DNA of 64,000 bases. It comes from Blastocatellia bacterium (GTDB lineage: Bacteria; Acidobacteriota; Blastocatellia; UBA7656). Shown piece by piece: positions 10,015 through 19,992 of the stretch; within the stretch, counting starts at the first letter, position 1, and the number at the start of each line of letters is the position of its first letter. The position numbers and the translations under genes were made by a program. The stretch spans positions 4,934,780 to 4,998,779 of the forward strand of contig CAWDRU010000002.1 of NCBI GenBank assembly GCA_963804815.1, written 5' to 3'. The notes beneath the pieces are model-generated. The model did not search any database and was not told the DNA's origin. It saw only the letters and a program-made list of their open reading frames with translations.

Positions 10015-10517
10015 CGTCTCAGCGTCCTTTCTAAAAAAGTCAGGCGGCAGGGATAGCGATGGTGACCGCCGCTTTCCAAAAGCAGGCAACACCTATCACG
10101 GTCCGAGTAGTTCAAGCACGGGCGCAGCGATTCTTATACTTGTTTTCTAACAAGGGCGAGAGAGACTTCTCGAAAGTATTGATTTCAGTATGTGAGGAGA
10201 ACGCTCAACTGCACGCAAGCTCAAATGCTGTTAACGTGAGCACACAGCCGAAGCAGATATAATGCAAAGCGCTTTATAATACTCTTTAGTCACTCATTAG
10301 AACGTTACTATTTTCAAAGCAAGGTCAAGGTTTCGTTAAGCAAATAATTAGTTTTGTTAATTTCAGGGCGCGCGTCTTCACACTTCTTTGCAGAGAGCGT
10401 ATTCGCTAATTTGCAGTGCAAGGCGAATGCGGACTCGCGTTCGTAAGACTGGGCAGTGATGGTCTTGCCCGCACAATAATCGAAGGCGATTCTACTGATC
10501 AAACGAGAGGTTCCTAC

Positions 10518-11231
10518 ATGAGAATAAGCAAAAGTGTGTTCGCAGTTTTACTTTGCGCAGCTTTATTTTGCGCGGCCATACAGGCGAGGCCGCAGGCTGC
10601 GCGTGAAGCCACAATCGAGCCTGAAACCAGAGCGCGACTCGTATTGCAGTCGCATATAAACTCCAAGTTGAACGAGCCGGGAGACCCTGTCACAGCCATT
10701 TTGGACGAGCCTATTTACGTGGGCAGCGATATGGTGCTCGGACGCGGGACTGAATTTCACGGCAAGGTCGCTCAGGTGACGCCAGCCGGAAGAGGCCAGA
10801 AAAACGGGAAGATCGTTCTGGTCTTTGAGCGAATTCGTATGCCCTGGGGCGACGAGCCGGTCGCGGTCGAGATCACGGCGATAGACGACTGGACGAACAA
10901 CGAAAAGATGAAAGCCGATGAAGAAGGCAAAGTTAGCGGCAGTCGCAGCGGCAAAAGAACGGCTGAGAACGTCGAGCGCGGCGCGACAATCGGAGGCGCG
11001 GGGGCGCTCGGAACCGTGTTGCTGGGTGGCGGAGGGGCCGCCGCAGGAGCCGTGCTGGGTGGCGGATTGCTGGGGGGACTATTGCTTACAAGGGGCGGCG
11101 ATGTACGAGTCGCTCCGGGCGCAGTCTTCCGAATAAAGTTTGCCAGACCTTTGACCCTGCCCGTAGTACAGCAGCCCCCGGCTTCGCCTCGGCCCATTCA
11201 ACAGGCAGATCAGGATACGAAAAATCCTTAG
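10518..11231 (+). CDS. hypothetical secreted protein with glycine-zipper-like C-terminal region
   Basis: Start at MRISKSVFAVLLCAALFCAA preceded by GAGAGG. The Gly/Ala/Leu-rich segment GGAGALGTVLLGGGGAAAGAVLGGGLLGGLLL is a membrane glycine zipper. Confidence 0.45.
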   Translation: MRISKSVFAVLLCAALFCAAIQARPQAAREATIEPETRARLVLQSHINSKLNEPGDPVTAILDEPIYVGSDMVLGRGTEFHGKVAQVTPAGRGQKNGKIVLVFERIRMPWGDEPVAVEITAIDDWTNNEKMKADEEGKVSGSRSGKRTAENVERGATIGGAGALGTVLLGGGGAAAGAVLGGGLLGGLLLTRGGDVRVAPGAVFRIKFARPLTLPVVQQPPASPRPIQQADQDTKNP

Positions 11232-11275
11232 CGCAATTCGTAAACTGCGGACTACGTAAAATGAAGGGAGAGTAG

Positions 11276-11310
11276 CTACTTATATGGTCAGGCGCTGACC
11301 ATATAAGTAG
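11276..11310 (+). terminator. perfect 16-bp-stem hairpin downstream of 10518..11231
   Basis: ctacttatatggtcag gcg ctgaccatataagtag. No U-tract follows, so it could equally be a protein-binding palindrome. Confidence 0.4.
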
Positions 11311-11515
11311 CAATTGTCGCCGTACAAATTTTGATCGATAAAAATGCTCGACCCTCTACACAATTTCGACGCAGTTGATATATACTTTGTCCGCCTTTCT
11401 CACAGATGATGGTTTCTTCTGGGTGTGATCGTGAGGGGTTGAATTCTACAACTCTCACATTAGTGATAATTTTTCCGCTTATCAGGTTTAGCTGGAACAA
11501 GGAGGTACATTACAC

Positions 11516-13018
11516 ATGTTAGTCAAACTGAACAACAAGTTTATAGTCTCAATGATGGCCGTTCTCATACTGAGCATGGCTGTACCAGCAAGGACATTTC
11601 AGTCCCCGAATGCTGGAGATGCAGTTGAGGCAGGCCCTTCTGCCATAACAAACACAATTCTTCGCTGGAACAAAATCGCGGTCGATTGCAGCGGCCTCGA
11701 CCACACGCCTGTTGCGCCGGGCGAGACCCGCGTATTCGGCGAGCAGGTCGGGCCGTGCCGGGCAGCCCGCGCGATGGCAATCGTCCATATCGCGATGTTC
11801 GAGGCGCTCAACGCCATTGTCGGCGGCTTCAAACCCTATATAACAGGTAATCGCAAAACCGGCCCCGGATCGACCGATGCGGCAGTCGCACAGGCCGCGC
11901 ATGATGCGCTGGTGGGGATGTTCCCATCGCAGAAATCGCTTCTGGACCCGAAGCTTGATGACGATCTTGCATTGATTGCAAACGGGCAACAGAAAAACAA
12001 CGGAATCGCTATCGGCAAATGGGCGGCTGCCGCGATAATTGCGATGCGCGCAAACGATCACGCGGCGCACGCCGAGCCTCGCGTCAACATAGATTACATT
12101 CCGAGCATCGCTCCGGGGATATGGCGACAAGACCCGATCAGCCATCATCCGCTCGCACTGGGCGCGCACTGGGGTGAGGTTACACCCTTCATCCTGCGTT
12201 CAGCCGAACAGTACAGGATTCCGCCTCCGCCTCCGATGAACAGCGCCGCCTATACCGCCGCCTACAACGAAGTGAAACGACTGGGCGGCGACGGTCTGGG
12301 CACTCCTACAGAGCGCACTGCGGATCAAACGTTGGCTGGCGTCTATTGGGCTTATGATGGAACCCCCAGCTTGTGCGCGCCGCCGAGGCTCTACAACCAA
12401 GTCACAACAGTCATAGCTAATCAAAAGGGCACAAGCGGAATTCAGCTGTTGCGGCTGCTGACGCTCGTAAATGTGGCTATGGCCGATGCAGGCATCGCGT
12501 CCTGGGAATCGAAGTATTTCTATCAGTTCTGGCGTCCAATCGGAGGCATACGCGAATCCGATGTGGGCACGGGCGCGACCGGTTTAGGCGATGGCAATCC
12601 CGATACTATCGGCGATCCGCTATTCTCGCCGCTCGGCGCACCGGCCAGCAATCTGACGGGGCCGAACTTCACGCCGCCTTTCCCGTCTTATCCGTCCGGA
12701 CACGCGACGTTCGGAGGCTCGCTCTTTCAGGTTCTGCGCGATTTCTACGGGACGGACAATATCCCCTTCACCTTCGTTTCGGATGAATTCAACGGGACGA
12801 CGATAGGCAACGACGGCGTTGTGCGCCCGCTGATTCCGCGCAGTTTCGCGACGCTGTCACAGGCCGAAGAAGAGAACGGCCAGAGCCGAATCTATCTCGG
12901 CATTCACTGGGCGTTCGATAAGACCGAAGGTATCGCACAGGGACGCAACGTGGGCCATTACGTTTTCAAGAATCTGTTCCTGCCGGTGCCTGCATCGAAA
13001 AAGGCTACGACAAAGTAA
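11516..13018 (+). CDS. secreted vanadium-haloperoxidase-like / PAP2-superfamily (acid phosphatase-like) protein
   Basis: All three PAP2/V-haloperoxidase signatures are present: FWRPIGG (KX6RP), PSGHATFGG (PSGH), SRIYLGIHWAFD (SRX5HX3D). AAGGAGG RBS. Signal peptide. Confidence 0.6.
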   Translation: MLVKLNNKFIVSMMAVLILSMAVPARTFQSPNAGDAVEAGPSAITNTILRWNKIAVDCSGLDHTPVAPGETRVFGEQVGPCRAARAMAIVHIAMFEALNAIVGGFKPYITGNRKTGPGSTDAAVAQAAHDALVGMFPSQKSLLDPKLDDDLALIANGQQKNNGIAIGKWAAAAIIAMRANDHAAHAEPRVNIDYIPSIAPGIWRQDPISHHPLALGAHWGEVTPFILRSAEQYRIPPPPPMNSAAYTAAYNEVKRLGGDGLGTPTERTADQTLAGVYWAYDGTPSLCAPPRLYNQVTTVIANQKGTSGIQLLRLLTLVNVAMADAGIASWESKYFYQFWRPIGGIRESDVGTGATGLGDGNPDTIGDPLFSPLGAPASNLTGPNFTPPFPSYPSGHATFGGSLFQVLRDFYGTDNIPFTFVSDEFNGTTIGNDGVVRPLIPRSFATLSQAEEENGQSRIYLGIHWAFDKTEGIAQGRNVGHYVFKNLFLPVPASKKATTK

Positions 13019-13039
13019 CTTTCTGAATTGATAAAAACA

Positions 13040-13079
13040 CTTAAGGGGGCAAACGCGATATCGTGTTTGCCCCCTTAAA
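13040..13079. terminator. bidirectional terminator hairpin between convergent genes
   Basis: ttaagggggcaaac ...loop... gtttgcccccttaa followed by AAAATTT, between the stop of 11516..13018(+) and the stop of 13107..13940(-). Confidence 0.55.
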
Positions 13080-13106
13080 ATTTGCCTCACTAAATTCAAG
13101 TCTCGA

Positions 13107-13940
13107 TTAGTTGGCCCAGTCGCCTGTAGTTTGCAGGCTCGTGAAATTCCTCAGAAATTCAGGCTCAAGCGGCGTGCCGTCCGGCTTACGAACAAAGTTG
13201 AGAACTGCGTCGGGTGCGATGCCTCCGTCTGTCGGATCTTCAATGACAGGGCAGATGCCGTACATCGGGCCTTCCGATCCGTTCGGATTGCGAAGGCGTT
13301 TGGCGGCAAAGCCTTTGCTGAGCAGGTTTTCGAGTTCACTGAGCGTTCTGATTATCGGAGTCCCGTCGAGGGCCAGTCCGTTTCGCTTCGTCAGATCGTT
13401 AAGCGCCTTTCGACCGTCCGAAGTGTTGAACGCGCGGTCCGTGTAGCTGACCCAGACGTGGAGCCATAGACCGAGAGGGTTGCCGCTGAAGTAGCCGTTG
13501 CGCAGGTCTACGATGTCGGCCTGACGATTGTTGCCCAGTCCAATCGGGTTTCCGGTGCGCGTGGGAAAGACATAAAGAATGCTTCTGTCGGCTATCTGCT
13601 TCGCCCTGCGGCCCGCTGCGTCATTGGTGAAGCCTTCGACGAATAAATCTCCCATTACTGACCAGAAAGTTACTTTGCCGTTATGCGCATAGGCGGGATT
13701 GGTTGCCAGCATTCTGACGTTTGTCTGAGACGGAAAGATCGGGCTGTCAAAGACAGATCTCGGCGGTGTGCCGTTGACACGGTTTACAATTTTGACCGGG
13801 TCCACGCCGTTCTGCCAGTAGAAAGCGTTATTGAAATCGAAGATCCGGTCTTCGACATCAGCACGAACAGACGTAAAGGATGAGATTAATAATGTGGACA
13901 TTATCAGCGATAAGGTTGCGAGCGTCGTGAATCTTTTCAT
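13107..13940 (-). CDS. hypothetical secreted protein
   Basis: Start trimmed to MKRFTTLATLSLIMSTLLISSFTSVRA (signal peptide), preceded by GGAGA. No recognisable family. Confidence 0.45.
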   Translation of the reverse strand: MKRFTTLATLSLIMSTLLISSFTSVRADVEDRIFDFNNAFYWQNGVDPVKIVNRVNGTPPRSVFDSPIFPSQTNVRMLATNPAYAHNGKVTFWSVMGDLFVEGFTNDAAGRRAKQIADRSILYVFPTRTGNPIGLGNNRQADIVDLRNGYFSGNPLGLWLHVWVSYTDRAFNTSDGRKALNDLTKRNGLALDGTPIIRTLSELENLLSKGFAAKRLRNPNGSEGPMYGICPVIEDPTDGGIAPDAVLNFVRKPDGTPLEPEFLRNFTSLQTTGDWAN

Positions 13941-14175
13941 GCTTGTATCTCCCATAATTGTTAGTTGGATCAAAGCGAATGCTGAGGAAGCCATAAGCCC
14001 TGTCATGTTATATTGAGGATGAAGACAGCGACTTGATACATGTGAGTGTCAAGAATTTGTCAGGCAAATGTTTAGTTATGTCGAGTTCGACTGACATTTC
14101 TTCACAGCGGACCGGATCACACGAACGTTTAATTAATACAGTCAGCCCGTCTCATTTTTAACAAAGGGGTTACTG

Positions 14176-14892
14176 ATGAATCGCATTCTGGTTGTTGACG
14201 ACGATTTGGATCTATGCGAACTGCTGGCAAAGTACCTGCAGCGCGAAGGGTTTGAGGTCGAGATGGTGCATAACGGCGAGCAGGGCGTAGAACGCGCCAT
14301 GTCGGGCGATTACACGCTCGTAATCTTAGACGTGATGCTGCCCGGTCTTACAGGGTTCGATGTCCTGAGCAGCATAAGAAGAAGATCGAGCGTGCCTGTG
14401 TTGATGCTGACGGCGCGCGGAGACGATGTTGACCGCATCGTGGGATTAGAGATGGGCGCGGACGATTACCTGCAAAAGCCCTTCAACCCGCGAGAGCTTA
14501 TCGCAAGAATCCGCGCCATACTGCGGCGTGCAAGGCTTGAGCCTTCCGAAGCGACTGCGCCGGTAAGCCCTGAGCGCTTTGCTGTTGGCGATGTAGAGAT
14601 GGACAAAGGCACGCGCATTGTCACGCGCGGCGGCGAGCAATTGCCGTTGACGACAGTCGAGTTCGATCTGCTGGAAGCATTGATGCGGGCTGCCGGTCAC
14701 ATTGTTTCTCGCGAAGATCTGGTGAAGTCCATACTTGGGCGCAACTTCACCCCCTATGACCGCAGCATAGATACGCATGTGAGCAATTTGCGCAAAAAGC
14801 TCGGCCACTACGTAGACGGTATCGAGCGAATAAAAACGATTCGCAGCGTCGGCTATATTTACGCCACACCGGGCGAATTGCAGAAGGAGTGA
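14176..14892 (+). CDS. OmpR-family response regulator (REC + winged helix)
   Basis: ILVVDDD...LDVMLPG receiver motifs. C-terminal trans_reg_C (RSVGYIY). Confidence 0.85.
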   Translation: MNRILVVDDDLDLCELLAKYLQREGFEVEMVHNGEQGVERAMSGDYTLVILDVMLPGLTGFDVLSSIRRRSSVPVLMLTARGDDVDRIVGLEMGADDYLQKPFNPRELIARIRAILRRARLEPSEATAPVSPERFAVGDVEMDKGTRIVTRGGEQLPLTTVEFDLLEALMRAAGHIVSREDLVKSILGRNFTPYDRSIDTHVSNLRKKLGHYVDGIERIKTIRSVGYIYATPGELQKE

Positions 14893-14899
14893 TTGGTGT

Positions 14900-16291
14900 A
14901 TGCGCAGCCTTTTTTTAAAAATATTCATCTGGTTCGGGCTGGCTATGGCGATTGTTATATCGGCGAATTTCCTGTCCTCTTATGTGACGTTTCGAGAGGA
15001 CTCGCGCGGGCGGCCTCCCGGTAATTTCACGACGATGTTCGCTCAGACAGCCGTCGAGAAGCTTGAGCGCGAAGGCAAAAATGGAGCGACCGGTTATCTT
15101 GAAGCTCTGGAAAAAACGACGCTGACCCGCCCATACCTTTTCGATCAGAACGGGGATGAAATAACCGGGCGTAACGCTCCGCCGGAGGCGAAGGAAGCGG
15201 CCAGTAAAGCGAGATCTGAAAAAGAGGTACGGTACTCTGGAAACAACCAGCTTGAATATGTAGTCAGCCCCCTTATCGCCTCCGGCGAAAACCGGTATGT
15301 CATGGTCCACCAGTTTGGCGCGCGACCGCCAAGACCGCCGTTTCTGCCTTTCTGGCCTCGTAACTGGTGGGTGCAATTGACGGCTGTGCTCGTAACGGCA
15401 GGGCTGCTCTGCTACTGGCTGGCGCGGTACATAAGCTCGCCCGTCGCCAGACTGCGAGCAGCAACACAGCAACTCGCAAGCGGAGACCTTACGGCGCGCG
15501 TGGGCGCGGCGCAGCGGAGACGGCGCGACGAGGTGGCCGATCTGGGGCGCGATTTCGACATCATGGCCGAGCGAATAGAGACTTTGATGGCTTCACAGCA
15601 GCGCCTTCTGCATGACATTTCGCATGAACTTCGCTCGCCGCTCGCGCGCTTGAAAATAGCGCTCGAACTGGCGCGGCAGGATGACGGCGCAGAAGCCGGA
15701 TGGGCTTTGGATCGCATTGAGCGCGAAGCCGACCGCTTGAATGATCTGATCGGCCAACTGCTTACGCTCGCGCGTCTGGACAGCAAATCGCCGGGGATAA
15801 ACAGCGACCCGGTCGATCTGAAACGGCTTGTGCAGGAGATCGTTTTTGACGCAGATTTCGAGGCGCGCAATCACAATCGCTCGGTGAGAATGATTACGAG
15901 CGAGGCTTGCCTTGTAATCGGCAACGAGCAACTGCTGCACAGCGCCGTAGAGAACGTAGTGCGAAACGCAATGTCATATACGGCGGAAGGCACTGCGGTC
16001 GAGGTCTCTTTGCAGTGCGAAGGCGAGAGCGCAGTGATAACGGTTCTCGATCAGGGGGCGGGAGTCCCTCAATCAGTATTGGTCGATATATTTCGCCCTT
16101 TCTATCGAGTGGCTGACGCGAGAGACAGACAATCGGGCGGCATAGGGCTGGGGCTTTCCATCAGTCAGCGCGCAGTAGAAGTTCACGGCGGAACCGTGTC
16201 GGCTTCAAACGCGCCGCGCGGCGGGCTGCTGGTTGAAATCGTTCTTCCCATTACGAAAAAGGAAGAAGCGCCCGTATCGCTGAATGGATAG
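14900..16291 (+). CDS. sensor histidine kinase (TM-HAMP-HisKA-HATPase), CpxA/EnvZ-like
   Basis: H-box HDISHELRSPLARL, N/G-box GGIGLGLSI. Two TM segments. Immediately follows the regulator. Confidence 0.85.
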   Translation: MRSLFLKIFIWFGLAMAIVISANFLSSYVTFREDSRGRPPGNFTTMFAQTAVEKLEREGKNGATGYLEALEKTTLTRPYLFDQNGDEITGRNAPPEAKEAASKARSEKEVRYSGNNQLEYVVSPLIASGENRYVMVHQFGARPPRPPFLPFWPRNWWVQLTAVLVTAGLLCYWLARYISSPVARLRAATQQLASGDLTARVGAAQRRRRDEVADLGRDFDIMAERIETLMASQQRLLHDISHELRSPLARLKIALELARQDDGAEAGWALDRIEREADRLNDLIGQLLTLARLDSKSPGINSDPVDLKRLVQEIVFDADFEARNHNRSVRMITSEACLVIGNEQLLHSAVENVVRNAMSYTAEGTAVEVSLQCEGESAVITVLDQGAGVPQSVLVDIFRPFYRVADARDRQSGGIGLGLSISQRAVEVHGGTVSASNAPRGGLLVEIVLPITKKEEAPVSLNG

Positions 16292-16398
16292 GTCTGCGAT
16301 TAGCCCTCATCCGGCGTCATCAGGGCCGGGCACCGGTCTTGGCTGCCCGTCGCCTTGATTCATTCATTCGACACGATCATCTATACTCACTTGGATTG

Positions 16399-16731
16399 CT
16401 ACTTCCCGCTCACGCTACACTCAACTCCCTCTGAGTCCTTAAACCTCGCTATGCGGCCTCCGAATATTTCAGTTGGGGCAGATGTAAACTCCACTCCATT
16501 GTCCTTCATTTCCGCATAGAATTTATCAAGGTCATCCACTCCGAACCCCAGTTGCGATGTGCCCGCAGGATTGGCTTGCGAAGCTATATGCAGGGCAAGG
16601 GTTGTTTCTCCTGTTTCAAACTCGGTCCATTCCGGAGATTGAAATCTCAAAACGAGTCCAAGCCGATCTTTGTAAAATTCGATGGCTCGCTGCATATCAC
16701 CGACGTATTTAATGGCATAGGTTAATTTCAT
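16399..16731 (-). CDS. VOC (glyoxalase/bleomycin-resistance) family protein
   Basis: Trimmed to MKLTYAIKYVGDMQRAIEFYKDRLG, a typical glyoxalase-fold N-terminus. GGAGA RBS. The ORF-track N-terminal extension is Arg-rich junk. Confidence 0.55.
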   Translation of the reverse strand: MKLTYAIKYVGDMQRAIEFYKDRLGLVLRFQSPEWTEFETGETTLALHIASQANPAGTSQLGFGVDDLDKFYAEMKDNGVEFTSAPTEIFGGRIARFKDSEGVECSVSGK

Positions 16732-16978
16732 AATCATTCTCCTCTCTTCGACATTAGATTCCAGACCGGTATTCAGATTATTAATCCGATCTTTCGACAG
16801 CCGCAACCGTCTGACAGGCAATCTGCGGTTTGAGCAGCTAAAATGAACTATTTTAAAAAATAAACACATTTGTTGAATCAATCGCGATAGATTTTTCGTC
16901 CTATAAGTGATAGAAGATAGTTAATTGCAGGCCGTTGGAAGCCTACAAAAGTTTCGCGATTTTCAAGAGGTAAGCAAC

Positions 16979-17590
16979 GTGAAAAAATATCGAGTGTTCA
17001 CTCTGGCATTCACCTTAGTAGCAGTAGCGTCTTCCAGCTTTGCTCAGGCTGGCAAAACTGCAACTTCTGTGAGGGAAACCATGAATAGAGATCGGCTTTC
17101 AACTCTGCTGTCGGCAGTAGGTGTAAGCGTCGAAGATTCGGTGTTGCCCGCAGAGGTTCAGTCTTTTCAGGAGATGAGAATTCGCTGGGATGTTGCCGAC
17201 GCAATTTCGCAGGATATGGTCCTTTCGGAACAGGAACCTGTGAACCGTGTTTTAACCGCGATTGAGCGCAAAAAGCGCGCACAGGTGTTGTCGCGGCAAC
17301 GCTCTTTGGAACTCTCGACAAACCAGCTTTTAGTAGTGGCTGTTAACGAGAAACTTCAGCTTCGCTGGTGGTCGTTGATTCCGGACCCTCGCATTATGCG
17401 CGCAGAGACGCCGGATGCCGGAGGAACGCTTAGCGGACAGGTTCTCTATCGCTCTAAAGCAGACTTTGTCATCGCTTTTCCTGACGATGAGACGATCACA
17501 GAGTTACGCATTTTTCACCCACATTGGACAGGTTCCGAGTTCATTCTGGAGCCATTAGGGGCGATTCCTTCTGATAAAAAGTTGAGATGA
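16979..17590 (+). CDS. hypothetical secreted protein
   Basis: Probable GTG start at VKKYRVFTLAFTLVAVASSSFAQA (signal peptide). The ORF-track start is TTG further upstream. Confidence 0.4.
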   Translation: MKKYRVFTLAFTLVAVASSSFAQAGKTATSVRETMNRDRLSTLLSAVGVSVEDSVLPAEVQSFQEMRIRWDVADAISQDMVLSEQEPVNRVLTAIERKKRAQVLSRQRSLELSTNQLLVVAVNEKLQLRWWSLIPDPRIMRAETPDAGGTLSGQVLYRSKADFVIAFPDDETITELRIFHPHWTGSEFILEPLGAIPSDKKLR

Positions 17591-17596
17591 AACGCT

Positions 17597-19270
17597 ATGA
17601 TAAATCAGACGTTAAAACTGATGCCGAAGCTTTTATTTCTTTTGTTTCTGTTCTGCTGTCCTGTGGACGCGATGGCCGAGTCGTTTGAGACGATTGTCAG
17701 TAACGGCAGCCCTCAGAACAGAGTGGACATCGCCATTCTCGGCGATGGTTATACGGCCAGCCAGATGCAGCAATACAGGGCCGATGTTCAGAATTTTATT
17801 CAGGGCGTATTCGCGCAAGAGCCATACAGGGAATACTCGCGTTACTATAACGTTCACAGAATTGATGTAATCAGCAGTCAATCAGGAGCCGACCATCCGG
17901 AACGCAATCCCGCAGTTTTCGTCAATACCGCGTTTGATGCAACTTACAACTGCGGCAACATTCAGCGTCTCATCTGCGTGAATACTACTAAAGTCTTCAA
18001 CGTTATAAACAACACCCTCCCGGCTTCATTCTTTGACGTTGTGTTGATTATCGTCAACGACCCTGAATACGGAGGGTCGGGCGGCAGTGTGGCCGTCGCG
18101 TCAACTAATGGCGCGGTCGTAGAGCTTGTATTACACGAAGTGGGCCACAGCTTCGGACTCCTCGCCGACGAATACGCCGGAGGAGGTCCGAGTTGCAATG
18201 CCGGTATCGAGCCTTCCGAGCCTAATGCCACCAAAGAGACCGTGCGCGCCTTGATTAAATGGAATCAATGGATCGCGCTCACCACTCCCGTCCCGACAAC
18301 GACGAGTACGCCGGGCGTGCCGGGACTGTACGAGAGCGCCAAATACTGCGACTTTGGATTGTACAGACCAACGTTTGACTCCAAGATGCGGTCGCTTGAT
18401 CGCCCGTTCGAGCAGATAAACACCGAGCAGCATGTCAAGCGCGTATACAACCTTGTCTCGCCAATAGACTCCAGCCAGCCGCCCGGAAATAATCTGGTGA
18501 TTACAAAGGGACAGATACAGCCATTCAGCCTGACAACGCCAATACCGTTTACGCACACGCTTGGTGTGACATGGTTCGTTGACGGCCAGATGCAGGGTAC
18601 AGGGCTGACGTTCAATCTTGATTCCAGCGCGCTCAGTATCGGCTCTCATACGGTAGAAGGTCGGGTGAGCGACGCGACGCCTCTGGTTAGAAGTGATCCC
18701 CAGCAACTTTTATCCGAACAGCGAAGCTGGAATGTTACAGTCCAGTGTGCTCTTTCGCTTTCAAAGACCGGTCAGTTCTTCCCGATGAACGGTGGAGACG
18801 ACAGCGTAACCATATCGGCAGGGGCTGGCTGTGGCTGGACGGCTGTGAGCAATGACAACTGGATCATTATCACCTCAGCCAATAGCGGCACAACCAGCAA
18901 TGTCGTTACCTACACAGTGAGAGAGAACTTCACTGCAAGCGCGCGTACAGGTTCGCTTACAATCGCAGGACAGACCTTCATAGTGATTCAGAATGGCGTA
19001 TCGGGCGGGAGTTGCAGTTACTCGATCTCTCCCGCGTTCCAGTCTTTCACTAAGACCGGCGGGAGCGGCGCTGTGAGCGTATCGGCTGGTTCGGGTTGCG
19101 CATGGGGCGCTGTAAGCAACGTCAACTGGATAACGATTACTTCGGGCAATAACGGCATAGGGAATGGCACGGTGAATTACACAGTAGCGGCTAACCCCGG
19201 CACCAATGGCCGCGCAGGCAAGATAACGATTGCCGGAAAAACTTACTCGGTGAAACAAACGGGTAATTAG
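17597..19270 (+). CDS. secreted zinc metallopeptidase (M64 IgA-peptidase-like HEVGH) with two C-terminal Ig-like/BACON-like repeats
   Basis: VLHEVGHSFGLLADEY. Tandem about 75-aa repeats GCGWTAVSNDNWIIITSANSG...TYTV and GCAWGAVSNVNWITITSGNNG...NYTV. Confidence 0.5.
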   Translation: MINQTLKLMPKLLFLLFLFCCPVDAMAESFETIVSNGSPQNRVDIAILGDGYTASQMQQYRADVQNFIQGVFAQEPYREYSRYYNVHRIDVISSQSGADHPERNPAVFVNTAFDATYNCGNIQRLICVNTTKVFNVINNTLPASFFDVVLIIVNDPEYGGSGGSVAVASTNGAVVELVLHEVGHSFGLLADEYAGGGPSCNAGIEPSEPNATKETVRALIKWNQWIALTTPVPTTTSTPGVPGLYESAKYCDFGLYRPTFDSKMRSLDRPFEQINTEQHVKRVYNLVSPIDSSQPPGNNLVITKGQIQPFSLTTPIPFTHTLGVTWFVDGQMQGTGLTFNLDSSALSIGSHTVEGRVSDATPLVRSDPQQLLSEQRSWNVTVQCALSLSKTGQFFPMNGGDDSVTISAGAGCGWTAVSNDNWIIITSANSGTTSNVVTYTVRENFTASARTGSLTIAGQTFIVIQNGVSGGSCSYSISPAFQSFTKTGGSGAVSVSAGSGCAWGAVSNVNWITITSGNNGIGNGTVNYTVAANPGTNGRAGKITIAGKTYSVKQTGN

Positions 19271-19283
19271 CGAACGGATAAAG

Positions 19284-19328
19284 ATGCGACGGGTTCTCAG
19301 AAATTCAAACCCGTCGCATCTTTGTCAT
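19284..19328 (+). terminator. rho-independent terminator of the M64 peptidase gene
   Basis: gatgcgacgggtt ...11 nt... aacccgtcgcatc followed by TTTGTCATC. Confidence 0.6.
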
Positions 19329-19570
19329 CTATGGCTCACTCATTTACATCTCGCATCATTGCAGCAGGTCTTTCATCTACCTGCGCCAGAGCGAAGTCGA
19401 AGGATTAGGCGCTCGCATGGTTAGAGCGGGCCTATGAAGCGCAAAGCGATCTTCCGGTTTTCATCAAGGTAGAACCGACCTGGGACAACCTTCGCTCGGA
19501 CGCACGTTTTCAAGACCTCCTGCGTCGCATCGGTCTTCAATGATGATTTATATATTTTCTATTCCGTTTG

Positions 19571-19933
19571 TTAGCTGATCTTTTCACTCGAATCAGGCTT
19601 CTTCGACGAGCGAGGTTTGCGCTCGCTTAGACGAGTGCCGCCTACCTGAGCATATTGCGCCGAATTGGGACCAAAAACGGCCTTCATTCCGCTGCGTCCT
19701 CGCGTGTTATAACTCTCAACCAGTTTCATCTGATCGCTGGTATCGTCAACCAGTTTTGACAGATCGGTACGCATTTCATCGCGAGTTTGCTTCAGGTTGC
19801 GCAGTTTGGTTATAGAGCTTTTCAGGCTCTCAATCGTCACATCTCCCAAAGCAAATGTAGGGTTTTCACTCCAAACCTGAGCTAAACGCTCGGCATCAGC
19901 AATCACCGAATCCACCGTTTTATTTGAAGCCAT
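19571..19933 (-). CDS. hypothetical protein
   Basis: Start at MASNKT preceded by AGGAGG. No family recognised. Its upstream region carries palindromes (see regulatory feature). Confidence 0.4.
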   Translation of the reverse strand: MASNKTVDSVIADAERLAQVWSENPTFALGDVTIESLKSSITKLRNLKQTRDEMRTDLSKLVDDTSDQMKLVESYNTRGRSGMKAVFGPNSAQYAQVGGTRLSERKPRSSKKPDSSEKIS

Positions 19934-19967
19934 CTTTTTCCTCCTTGCATAAGTAAGCATTATCTCT

Positions 19968-19992
19968 TATTGAGAGATAATGATCTTTTGTT
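19968..19992. promoter_or_regulatory. operator-like palindrome upstream of 19571..19933(-): CATTATCTCT-N5-AGAGATAATG
   Basis: Perfect 10-bp arms. ATCTCT/AGAGAT half-sites recur at least five more times in the AT-rich stretch 19970-20215. Confidence 0.4.

Noticed and set aside
11549-12169. 206-aa minus ORF
   Set aside because: Antisense to the haloperoxidase-like gene, which carries three diagnostic motifs.
15412-15870. 152-aa minus ORF, together with 14446..14928 and 14915..15472
   Set aside because: Antisense to the two-component genes. Ser/Arg-rich shadow frames.
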